Assembly (NCBI GenBank): GCA_018821305.1
Contig: JAHJMN010000021.1
Coordinates: forward strand, 17,451 to 81,450
DNA length: 64,000 nt
From: Myxococcota bacterium
GTDB taxonomy: Bacteria; Myxococcota_A; Polyangia; HGW-17
Direction of reading: 5' to 3'
Below the pieces are notes generated by a model. That model was not told where the DNA came from. It saw only the letters and a program-made list of their open reading frames with translations, and did no database searches. A program made the position numbers and the translations under genes. Shown piece by piece: positions 9,637 to 18,492 of this stretch. The first letter of the stretch is position 1. Each line of letters opens with the position of its first letter.

Positions 9637-11901
9637 ATGTCCGCAAAAAAAAAACTAGCTGACAGAATTTTTCGTTACGGAATCATAATTTTTATAGTCC
9701 CATTGATAGTGATCATAAGCTTGCTTTCAATAGTTTTTGTCAAGCTTCGAATGCTCCACAAGGACTATAATAACATAGTCCATATCCTTCATTCGGACAT
9801 TGACTCCATTGATAAAAGACTGCATAAATACACTGTCAATCTGAATGAAAATCAAAGAAAAATTCAGAGTGTAAATAAAGCCAGAGCACTGCAGACAGTA
9901 AATGAAAAACTTATTTTTTCAACAGCACAACTTGTTGGCTCATTTTTAGATACACAGATTTTAAAAATACCGGTAGACAGAAATCTTCTCGTTAATCTTT
10001 ATTTCGATTCAACGGCCCAGACACGCACGCTTGCAAAAAAGCAATTAACTCTCTCAGTTATGAAACCAGATCCTTCAAAGCCGGTACCTGCTACCAATCC
10101 CGGAAAAATACCCGATTTGAAACTTCCTGCCCGTTCGCCTTCTGACAACAAAGGCGTAAATGATACTGAAGACCTTAAGAAGCGAATCATGCTTCTCCGA
10201 ACCGGAAAAAATCTGGATAGCAAACAGATTAAGACTCTGATGAAGTCCTTTTTAAAAAATGCTAAAGTATTCAATCGAAATAGCGTTTACTTTTTAATTG
10301 ATCATGAAGATCTTCACAAACACAGAATAATCTGGGCATCTCAGCCTGCGTGGACCGATCGTCTTATGGCTGATTTTGAACCTCTTGAACCTCTTCGCGG
10401 GCTTTTAATAAGCACAAATTATATGCGAACAGTTCTGGATTTTCATGATTTTAAGAGTGAACCAGTTCTACTCAAGAATCTGATTTCCGCCGGAGCTACT
10501 GGTACTGAGGCTAAATACTCAATTTCAAAGGACATGTTCTACGGAATGGTACCAGTATTTGGCACCTCTCTCAGTCTGGGGATTCAAACGCCTATGAATG
10601 ACGAATTCGTTCGCACACTTGATAGCATAAGTGACAACATGGGCCTTTTGAGCACTTTCCTGAAATCTGCAAACCTTGATATTAGAAAAGCTGACAGCCA
10701 AACAAGACTGCTTCACCAGCGTTTTGACAGTGAAACTCGCAATTCGAATTCAATGTTCATCTATATTCTTATTTTTGCATTGATTTTCGTTGGTGTAGGC
10801 TTGTTTCTACTTATCCACTCCCTTCAAAAAAGAGTTGTCAAACCTATTATGGAGATGAGAAAAGTCTCATCCCTGATATCCGAAGGAGACTACGGAGCCC
10901 GCTGCAGTGTCGATACGGATGACGAACTTGAAGAGTTATCTGAGTCTATCAATATCATGCTCGACCGCATAGTTTCTTTAATTCAAAGCGAAGAAGACAA
11001 AGTGAATATGCAGGCGGATATAGTTCAACTACTGGATGTTGTTTCACAGGCCAGTGCCGGAGACCTTACAGTACGTGGTTCGGTTAATACTGCAGATTTT
11101 CAAGCAGTTATGGATGCTTTGAACCACATGATGTCGTCCATAGGTAATCTTGTTATAAGGGTTAGGGCAAGTGGAAATGGCGTTGAACACTACTCAAGGT
11201 TGATGCTGGATACGTCCAGGGCAATTCTTGATAAATCCAATAAGCAGACAACGGATCTTGATATTGCAACAAGGAAAATTAAGGCCCTGGGTGATCGAAG
11301 TCAAGAAATTACCCGAATGGTTGAGCAAATCGGCTCAATAGCTATTGAAACAAATACTCTGGCCCTTAATGCCACACTGGAAGCATCCAGAACCGGCGAC
11401 AGAGATACTGGGATATCACATTTGGCAGAGCATGTTAGACAACTTGCTGATGGCTTGAAAAAGACAAAGCAGGACATAGATTCATTTATGGGGTCCATAC
11501 AACTTGCAACAAATCATGCTGTTCATTCAATGGAAGAGGTACTTTCCTTAACAAGAGAGACAACGGGACAGGCAAAACTCTCTTTTGAAAATGCCGAAAG
11601 TACTCACAATGAAGCAAATCAACTGGCAAAAAGCATAAGCATATTTAAAATTAAAACTCAACTGGATCTTGAAAAGGAAAACGAACTTAAAACATCGGTA
11701 AAAAATATAATCACGAATATCAAGCAAGCTCGCAAACTAATTACGTCGATTGAAACTGATGAATTCCAGAGTTTCGGATATCTCTTTGAAAGCTTCGAGA
11801 AGGATATAAGAGAATTCGCCATGATGGTGGCCAAATCAGGTCTGGATTCAGAGCGTGGACCTTCCTCTGATGAAGAAGTTCCAGCCATTATTGAGGAATA
11901 G
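9637..11901 (+). CDS. Methyl-accepting chemotaxis protein-like transducer, PilJ-like, with two TM segments, a periplasmic domain, HAMP and an MCP signalling domain.
   Basis: TM helices lie near residues 15-37 and ~370-392. The MCP signalling core is present (IAIETNTLALNATLEASRTGDRDTGISHLAEHVRQLADG). An A10 homopolymer tract sits at codons 4-7. Confidence 0.75.
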   Translation: MSAKKKLADRIFRYGIIIFIVPLIVIISLLSIVFVKLRMLHKDYNNIVHILHSDIDSIDKRLHKYTVNLNENQRKIQSVNKARALQTVNEKLIFSTAQLVGSFLDTQILKIPVDRNLLVNLYFDSTAQTRTLAKKQLTLSVMKPDPSKPVPATNPGKIPDLKLPARSPSDNKGVNDTEDLKKRIMLLRTGKNLDSKQIKTLMKSFLKNAKVFNRNSVYFLIDHEDLHKHRIIWASQPAWTDRLMADFEPLEPLRGLLISTNYMRTVLDFHDFKSEPVLLKNLISAGATGTEAKYSISKDMFYGMVPVFGTSLSLGIQTPMNDEFVRTLDSISDNMGLLSTFLKSANLDIRKADSQTRLLHQRFDSETRNSNSMFIYILIFALIFVGVGLFLLIHSLQKRVVKPIMEMRKVSSLISEGDYGARCSVDTDDELEELSESINIMLDRIVSLIQSEEDKVNMQADIVQLLDVVSQASAGDLTVRGSVNTADFQAVMDALNHMMSSIGNLVIRVRASGNGVEHYSRLMLDTSRAILDKSNKQTTDLDIATRKIKALGDRSQEITRMVEQIGSIAIETNTLALNATLEASRTGDRDTGISHLAEHVRQLADGLKKTKQDIDSFMGSIQLATNHAVHSMEEVLSLTRETTGQAKLSFENAESTHNEANQLAKSISIFKIKTQLDLEKENELKTSVKNIITNIKQARKLITSIETDEFQSFGYLFESFEKDIREFAMMVAKSGLDSERGPSSDEEVPAIIEE

Positions 11902-11905
11902 CCTG

Positions 11906-14900
11906 ATGTCTGAAAAGGTTATTTCCGAACTGGCTCAATGGCTTAAAAGGGTTGAAGATCATCCATCTTCCCTTATCAGGAATATTACCTCTACATCTCC
12001 TATCCAGAAGTACATTTCTGAAATTGAAGAAACATGCTCTTTTCCTGAAAGATTAAGAGATGAGTCCATTCTTTCTGAAACCGGTGAAGATGATATAAGC
12101 AGTTTTTACGATGAAGACATGCTCAAATCACTGCTTGAAGTTTTCCAGGCTGAAGCATATGAACACATAGAATCTCTTGCAGAACAACTGGATGCATGGC
12201 CCCCAGGTATATTTGATATCTATCGGACATTCCACACGATTAAGGGCGCCGCAGCAACGGTAGGACTTACTAAAATAAGTCGTGCATCCAAATTGCTGGA
12301 AGATGTTTTTCATAGTTTTGCTGATACATCAACCGTTCCGGAAGATACAATATTCTTTCTTCTATGCGCTGCGTCATGCACACTTTCCCTTATGGTTACA
12401 GATGGCTCAGATCTTTTGCCTGAAGTTTCAGGAATCATCAAATTCGCATGCAGCGATCCCCAAACCCTTTCAGGTAAACCAGTTTCAACAGACGAAAAAA
12501 AAAACCGGGAAAAAAAACAAATTGAATTAAGTAGAAATATTAGCCAGCCTGAGTCACTGAATAGTCAAGAATTACCGCCTGATGAAGATACCTCAACATC
12601 CTTAAAAGAATGTGTGGAACTGGATGAGATGACGCTTATCCTTATGGAAGTGTTTTCTCAGGAAGCTGAGGAACATCTTTCGCGTTTTGACTCCCTCGTG
12701 GAAGAGCTACAAAATGGCAATGACGTATTTCACGAGCTTTTTCGAGTAACTCATACACTCAAAGGAGCTGCGGCTACCGTGGGAGTAAACCGTGTCAGTA
12801 CCGCGGCACACAAGTTAGAAGATTTCTTTGAAAAAATAAGCAAGTCTGGAGCTTCATTATCCAAAAATGATATAAATTTGATTTTTCACATGAGCGAACT
12901 TCTAAGGCGCTCCATTGAGCCATGTGATGAAGATGTACTTTCTGAACTTGATAGGACAATTGCCTTAATCGGTAAAAATAATGGGACACGGGGAGAAAAA
13001 GAGAACCTGAATCCGGATTCTACCGAAAGCCACGGTATTTCAACCGCTGTTTCCTCGGAAGATACCGGCAAAAGCAATCTGAATCCGTATTCTACCGAAA
13101 TTAATGAAACTGTTCCAGGACTCACAAAACCCCGTGGCCGTCAAACCACAACGGGAAAAGGAGAAGCAAGCTCCTCAATACTTCGCATCAGGGTTGATGA
13201 TATAGATAAATTAATCAATTCTTCTGAGGAGTTAGTTCATGTAAGGACTCAGATCGAAAAAAGCCGTGATGACTTCAACAGTATTACTGGAGACCTGTTA
13301 CTCAGCCATCACACCCTGAGACATTTTCTAATGGAAGACCGCAACCGAATGAATGAAGCGGAGAGATTGGAGCGGCTCTCAGAACTTGAAGTAGAAATTG
13401 CTGAACTTATCTACAATCTTGAGCATAGTTCGATCAATCTTACCAGGGAATGTGTAAGCCTTCAAAACCTTGCAAGAATTATTCAGGAGCGACTCATAAC
13501 CCTTCGCATTACAAACTTTGAGATACTTTTTATTAAGTTGAAGCAGTCTATTCGAGAAAACGCTTTCAGTACATTTAAAAACATCAACATTATATTGGAA
13601 GGGCAAAATGTAGAAGTAGATAAAGGAGTAGTTGATTCCCTGTCTTCGCCTCTCCTCCAGATAGCACGAAATGCTGTTGCCCATGGGATAGAAGGGCCTC
13701 AGGAGCGGCTTATAGAAGGAAAACCACCTGATGGCACCATCAGGATTTCCGCCGTTCAGGAGGGATACTTTGCCAAAATAACATTCGAGGATGACGGACG
13801 CGGAATTGATTTTGAACAGGTAAAATCTATTTTAGCAAAGAAGAAGTTCATTTCCACAGAGGGCGAACTTAAAAAACTTACTAAAAACGATCTTTATGAG
13901 GCAATCTTTCTGCAAGGATTTACCACCAAGGAAACCGCTGATTCTCTTTCAGGTCGTGGCGTTGGATTGGATCTGGTGAGAGAAAAAATAAGGAAACTTG
14001 GAGGTGATATTTCTGTAGAATCTATTACCGGAGCGGGTACAAAGTTTATCATCAGGGTCCCTCTTACAACATTCGTATCCAAAGCGCTCCTCTTTACAAT
14101 TGGTAATGAAGTATATGGAGTTCCATCAACTTATTGCATCGAGGTAATGGAGCATTCCTCCAGAAAACCTATAATGCCAGGAGCGAGACTTATCTGGAAA
14201 TCTGAATCTATTCCAGTAGTTCCACTTCATTATTATTTTGGGATTGATCGAGCTCCTATTGCTCGAACCCCCTACTCCATCATAGTATTGCAGCACGGGG
14301 AACATCATTTTGCAATCGCAGCTGATGCAACCATAGGCATTAAAGACGTTACTGTAAAGCCACTTGGAAAAATACTTGGGTCAATAAATTACTTCAACGG
14401 CGCAGTTATTTCTGGAGCGGGCACAATACAGATGATCCTTTCGGTTCCATTTCTGGCCTCACTTGCAAGACCTACAATTGGATTCCATAAGGGTAAAGAT
14501 ATTCAGAAGCACATAAGCGCTCCAAGAATTCTGGTTTGTGACGATTCAAAAAGCGTCAGGGAAGCAGCCGCCCGAATAATAGCTGGCGCAGGTTATGAAG
14601 TTACAAAAGTTCAGGATGGTTGGGAAGCGTGGAATATACTCCACAATGAATTATTCAATCTTGTTCTAACGGATCTTGAAATGCCAAGAATGACTGGTTG
14701 GGAACTGATTTCCGAAATTAAAAGGGATGTATTGCTCCAGAATATTCCAGTCGTAGTTTTATCGTCAAGAACCGGAGAAACATCCCGTGACCGAGCCATG
14801 GACGCGGGGGCTAATTATTTTGTAAGTAAACCCATTAAGCCACTTATTTTACTGAGAGTATTGGAGCAATTCATTCCATTGAACGAGTCAACCATGAGTA

Positions 14901-15496
14901 ATCGAATAGTTCTTTTTGCCACACAAAACCGCGGGAAGATCCTTGAACTTAGTTCTCTAATGCTGGATCTTAACCTTGAACTCTGGGGTATGGAACATTT
15001 CCCTGATCTTGAAGAAGTTGTTGAGGATGGAGCCTCTTTTGAGGAAAACGCTATAAAAAAGGCAAGGACTCGCTGTATCCAGACCGGACTACCTTGTATA
15101 GCTGATGACAGCGGTCTTGAAGTGAACGCTCTTGATGGAGCGCCTGGAATACTCAGTGCAAGATACGCTGGCGAAGAGGCAACCGATCAGGAGCGAATCA
15201 ACTTCCTCCTGAATAACATGAAGGATAAACGGGAGCGCACTGCGCAATTTGTAAGCGTTATTGCTTTTATAAAAAGCCCTTCTTCAGAACCAATCGTCGT
15301 AAAAGGTGTATGTAAAGGCTCCATTGGATACGAACCAATTGGAAGCCACGGTTTCGGATACGATCCTGTGTTTATTCTTCCTGATGGAAAAACAATGGCT
15401 GAACTCACTATGGAAGAAAAGAATGAAATCAGTCACAGAGCAAAGGCTTTCAAAAAATTACTTCCGTATCTTGAAGAGTTTTCAAATATCCAATAG
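11906..15496 (+). CDS. ChpA-like hybrid chemosensory kinase (2x Hpt, HATPase_c, CheW, REC) continuing in frame into an RdgB/Ham1 nucleoside-triphosphate pyrophosphatase domain. The likely start is the ATG at 11906; the listed ORF begins at 11855.
   Basis: Two Hpt motifs are present (HTIKGAAATVGL, HTLKGAAATVGV). The HATPase G-boxes are present (GRGVGLDLV…GGDISVESITGAGTKFIIRVPL). A CheW-like domain follows (LLFTIGNEVYGVPSTYCIEVME), then a REC domain (ILVCDDSKSVRE…LVLTDLEMPRMTGWEL…FVSKP). After that, MSNRIVLFATQNRGKILEL…FEENAIKKAR…IADDSGLEVNALDGAPGILSARYAG…GFGYDPVF matches RdgB/Ham1. A GAGGAA RBS lies before 11906. Confidence 0.8.
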   Translation: MSEKVISELAQWLKRVEDHPSSLIRNITSTSPIQKYISEIEETCSFPERLRDESILSETGEDDISSFYDEDMLKSLLEVFQAEAYEHIESLAEQLDAWPPGIFDIYRTFHTIKGAAATVGLTKISRASKLLEDVFHSFADTSTVPEDTIFFLLCAASCTLSLMVTDGSDLLPEVSGIIKFACSDPQTLSGKPVSTDEKKNREKKQIELSRNISQPESLNSQELPPDEDTSTSLKECVELDEMTLILMEVFSQEAEEHLSRFDSLVEELQNGNDVFHELFRVTHTLKGAAATVGVNRVSTAAHKLEDFFEKISKSGASLSKNDINLIFHMSELLRRSIEPCDEDVLSELDRTIALIGKNNGTRGEKENLNPDSTESHGISTAVSSEDTGKSNLNPYSTEINETVPGLTKPRGRQTTTGKGEASSSILRIRVDDIDKLINSSEELVHVRTQIEKSRDDFNSITGDLLLSHHTLRHFLMEDRNRMNEAERLERLSELEVEIAELIYNLEHSSINLTRECVSLQNLARIIQERLITLRITNFEILFIKLKQSIRENAFSTFKNINIILEGQNVEVDKGVVDSLSSPLLQIARNAVAHGIEGPQERLIEGKPPDGTIRISAVQEGYFAKITFEDDGRGIDFEQVKSILAKKKFISTEGELKKLTKNDLYEAIFLQGFTTKETADSLSGRGVGLDLVREKIRKLGGDISVESITGAGTKFIIRVPLTTFVSKALLFTIGNEVYGVPSTYCIEVMEHSSRKPIMPGARLIWKSESIPVVPLHYYFGIDRAPIARTPYSIIVLQHGEHHFAIAADATIGIKDVTVKPLGKILGSINYFNGAVISGAGTIQMILSVPFLASLARPTIGFHKGKDIQKHISAPRILVCDDSKSVREAAARIIAGAGYEVTKVQDGWEAWNILHNELFNLVLTDLEMPRMTGWELISEIKRDVLLQNIPVVVLSSRTGETSRDRAMDAGANYFVSKPIKPLILLRVLEQFIPLNESTMSNRIVLFATQNRGKILELSSLMLDLNLELWGMEHFPDLEEVVEDGASFEENAIKKARTRCIQTGLPCIADDSGLEVNALDGAPGILSARYAGEEATDQERINFLLNNMKDKRERTAQFVSVIAFIKSPSSEPIVVKGVCKGSIGYEPIGSHGFGYDPVFILPDGKTMAELTMEEKNEISHRAKAFKKLLPYLEEFSNIQ
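14894..15496 (+). CDS. rdgB: RdgB/Ham1-family dITP/XTP pyrophosphatase module (200 aa). It could alternatively initiate at the ATG at 14894.
   Basis: Conserved Ham1 motifs are present (ATQNRGK, ENAIKKA, ADDSGLEV, GAPGILSARYAG, GFGYDP). It is in frame with the upstream kinase, with no stop and only a weak RBS (GAG). Confidence 0.7.
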   Translation: MSNRIVLFATQNRGKILELSSLMLDLNLELWGMEHFPDLEEVVEDGASFEENAIKKARTRCIQTGLPCIADDSGLEVNALDGAPGILSARYAGEEATDQERINFLLNNMKDKRERTAQFVSVIAFIKSPSSEPIVVKGVCKGSIGYEPIGSHGFGYDPVFILPDGKTMAELTMEEKNEISHRAKAFKKLLPYLEEFSNIQ

Positions 15497-15512
15497 AGAT
15501 ATTCATTCACTG

Positions 15513-16217
15513 CTATCTTATGCTTTTTAAAACAAAACTATCTGGGTATCGCCTTTTCGCTTCTGCTATCAGAATTTCTGATGCATCCGGATTTATATAT
15601 TTCACACTTTCTGCATGAATCAGATAACCGAAGACAGATCTAACCGGTTGTTTTTTGATTAAATATTTCCGACATGGGTCTTCTATCCCCGCCTTCATTG
15701 AAGAAAAAACATAGAATTCCTCTACTTCTTGAGATTTATTCATAAGCCAAACTCTTGCGGCGTGATCAAACGCGAGTCTAAAATTATTTCGAGAAATATA
15801 AATAAGGGCTATATTGTAGTTTGCAGTAAAGAAGCCAGGATTAAAAATCAGAGCCCTTTTAAACATTTTTAATGCGTCGTCAATTTTTCCCTGTTTCATG
15901 AATAATACTCCGATATTAGCAATTGTCTCAACACTATCATCTTTTAGTTTCAGTGCTTTCCTTAAAAATAGTAGTGAATCCTCGGGGCTTCGAGTCATGA
16001 TGGCTACGCCAATACCCATCCAGGCACGATGATTATTTCTATCATATTTTAGGGCTAACTTATATGATTTCAATGCCAGTTCAATTTTGGCGTTGGCAAG
16101 GAGAGTGTCTCCTTTCTCAGATAATCTGATTGACATTTTCGTTGCGTGCTCTGGAACAAGTCCGTGACAAGAAGAGAAAAAGGCAAAAATAAAAATTACA
16201 GAAAATAAATGGTTCAT
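15513..16217 (-). CDS. TPR-repeat lipoprotein.
   Basis: The protein has a signal peptide with a Cys (FFSSCHG), followed by TPR-like repeats (…YKLALKYDRNNHRAWMGIGVA…LKMFKRALIFNPGFFTANYNIALIY). Confidence 0.65.
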   Translation of the reverse strand: MNHLFSVIFIFAFFSSCHGLVPEHATKMSIRLSEKGDTLLANAKIELALKSYKLALKYDRNNHRAWMGIGVAIMTRSPEDSLLFLRKALKLKDDSVETIANIGVLFMKQGKIDDALKMFKRALIFNPGFFTANYNIALIYISRNNFRLAFDHAARVWLMNKSQEVEEFYVFSSMKAGIEDPCRKYLIKKQPVRSVFGYLIHAESVKYINPDASEILIAEAKRRYPDSFVLKSIR

Positions 16218-16264
16218 GGTAAGTACCTCCTGACCACTATTATCTGCAGTTTGAAAAAAAAGTT

Positions 16265-18289
16265 TCAGATAAGAACGTCTTCTTTATGTTTTACAGGTAT
16301 TATTTTTGAAACAGCACCGGATGCAATCTTTGTAGCATCATCAAACCCATCAATAATAAAAGTCTGGAGCCCCTCCGCTCCGTAGTTGATACCCTTACTG
16401 ATAACCTCTTGAGCTACGGCAACCCCGTATTCTGCAAGTCCTTGCAGGCTGATTTCTTCTTTGATCAAACCCTGACGATTTTCGGATACAATTTGCACGA
16501 AATTGCCGACAGCCCTGAGCATAGCAGGGACTACAACTGGTTGAACAATTCTAAGGCCGTGTTTGGCAAACCCCATAGGATTTTCTTTATCTATTTCACG
16601 TCGATATTGCTTGAAATGATCTTTATTATCAACAAACTTAATTCGGAACTGATGATTTCCTTCATCATCCTCATAGAGAATAATCAGGAGATTTTCCGTC
16701 ATATAACCCCATATTCCAAGAATAAATATATTTATTCCAGCTTCATCAGGCCTTAAATCAGGTATGAAATCAGTATCCAGAAAGAATCTCAATACCAGAA
16801 CGAAAAAAACAACAAGTTTTTCGGCAAGTTCAGGATAGCGTCTAAGATAAAAACTGTATTCAGTCTTTGCCAGATCCTCAAGACTGAACTGGTCAATCTT
16901 GCGGCTTCGAGGTGGAAGAAAATCCGCACGCTCCTGAAATGTACAAAAAGTTGTTTTAGGCGAAATCCAACTAACTTTACCCTGCTTGTCCACAATGCCT
17001 TGTCTCAGGTCATACTCAAGGAGGAAACCAAGGAGCTTTGAGATGAATTTTCTCTTATTAACTGGCAATAATTTATCGTTAACTTCGAAGAGAACTCCGG
17101 ATTTTTCAAGGTGCTGAATAATCTGCGTATTCCTTCTCGATGGTAACTTTACTCCAGAAAAGAAAAGTGCGGCATGTTGAACAAACCGAAGAGCCAGAGA
17201 GACCATTGCAGGGTTTACGTAGCCCATGGTATCGTCAAGTTTATAAAGAGGATATGAATGGTGATAACTAAATGTCTCCCTTAAGATTTCCTTAACGTAT
17301 TCCTGTTTAAATAAGTGTTTTTCTTTAGCATTCATCCTCGAGTAGAAAACTTCTGCTGCTCTATCAAGAAAAGCATTGTTCTCCTGTCTATTTTCCTGGA
17401 TCTGCTCTGCCGTCAATGTGGGCGAATAAGTATAAAACGTCTGTTCCGGGAGAAGAAAGTTCTCATTTCCATACTTCTTGAAGCAATCTTGAATTATTTC
17501 ACGGGCTTCATCCCATTTTAACTTGGGATGCCGAGCTCCACTCAACCATCTGATGGCATCCCTGACACCCACGGTTATAGGAGCATTGAAAAAATTCCTC
17601 AGTATTTCAGTAGTCTGTCTGTCCATTGGGTTATCGCGAACACTGTTGCAGAACTGCCTGAAATCATCAATGTTATTAATTTTATTCTCAGTGTACCTGT
17701 CCTGTTCCATAATCCTGAAAAACGTCCAACTATCATCTTTATCTATGGAATAAAATAGAAATTCACCATTTTCGCTTCCTTCTGGAAATTCATTTAGTTC
17801 ACCCGACAGAAGCTTTCTGATAATATCAGCCAAATGCGGGAAAAATAAGTCATTACCGTTACCGCGATAAAAATATGGAATTTCGCGGGCGGCTTCTGTG
17901 CTGTCCATTACAGTTTTACGCCAGGTGGGGAACAGGCTGTAGCCAATATGTCCAAATATCTCTGAAACAGTGCTTCTGGGGATCTCAACAGGGGAAGCAC
18001 TCCCAAGACGCATAGTAAAATTATCAGTTCTTCCAACTTTCATTAAAAACCGGGAACCGAAATACCGGGAGAAGTTCCTGATTGAATTATATAATGTGCT
18101 ATCAGGCGGGCTCCCTGTATATTTTTCAACAGTTGAAATAAGGGTATCTTGCAATCTATCCGAATCCAGAGCAAATATCTGCGTGTGACTACCCGGATCC
18201 TTTCCCGGTGACAGGGAATATACTGCCTTAAAAATATTGGAAATTATTGTACTGGAGGAAAGCTCTTTGTAGGGATTTGATGGCATCAT
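16265..18289 (-). CDS. Hypothetical protein, 674 aa, with no domain I can recognise.
   Basis: The ORF is long and uninterrupted, with typical codon usage. No signal peptide, TM segment or catalytic motif is evident. Confidence 0.55.
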   Translation of the reverse strand: MMPSNPYKELSSSTIISNIFKAVYSLSPGKDPGSHTQIFALDSDRLQDTLISTVEKYTGSPPDSTLYNSIRNFSRYFGSRFLMKVGRTDNFTMRLGSASPVEIPRSTVSEIFGHIGYSLFPTWRKTVMDSTEAAREIPYFYRGNGNDLFFPHLADIIRKLLSGELNEFPEGSENGEFLFYSIDKDDSWTFFRIMEQDRYTENKINNIDDFRQFCNSVRDNPMDRQTTEILRNFFNAPITVGVRDAIRWLSGARHPKLKWDEAREIIQDCFKKYGNENFLLPEQTFYTYSPTLTAEQIQENRQENNAFLDRAAEVFYSRMNAKEKHLFKQEYVKEILRETFSYHHSYPLYKLDDTMGYVNPAMVSLALRFVQHAALFFSGVKLPSRRNTQIIQHLEKSGVLFEVNDKLLPVNKRKFISKLLGFLLEYDLRQGIVDKQGKVSWISPKTTFCTFQERADFLPPRSRKIDQFSLEDLAKTEYSFYLRRYPELAEKLVVFFVLVLRFFLDTDFIPDLRPDEAGINIFILGIWGYMTENLLIILYEDDEGNHQFRIKFVDNKDHFKQYRREIDKENPMGFAKHGLRIVQPVVVPAMLRAVGNFVQIVSENRQGLIKEEISLQGLAEYGVAVAQEVISKGINYGAEGLQTFIIDGFDDATKIASGAVSKIIPVKHKEDVLI

Positions 18290-18492
18290 TGTTCTCCTGT
18301 ATCAATATTCTCCATGATGACTCAAAAGTCAACATGAAGCATTGCCGGGAATCCACAGTTTTTATATTCGGGCAAACTTTGTTTATTTTTTGTAAATTCT
18401 ATACTGCATTGACAATTTTTACCTTTGGAAGTAGTTTTTACACCTCATCCGGCGCAGTTATCATTTTTCTGCCGGACATTTTCGGAGTAATT

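Noticed and set aside
11855-11905. The upstream extension of the ChpA-like ORF overlapping the MCP gene 3' end (start at 11855).
   Set aside because: The ATG at 11906 follows the MCP stop by 4 nt and has a GAGGAA RBS. The 17-codon extension is probably untranslated.
14860-14900. A frameshift or pseudogene explanation for the kinase-RdgB junction; the same question applies to yidD-yidC.
   Set aside because: Both junctions are strictly in frame with intact flanking domains. A frameshift would not produce this pattern. Only loss or absence of a stop codon explains it, so these are reported as fusions pending read-level confirmation.
18247-18492. The upstream extension of the membrane-protein ORF.
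   Set aside because: It would overlap the divergently transcribed 674-aa gene's start by 40 nt. The ATG at 18493 has a GGAG RBS and begins the hydrophobic region.
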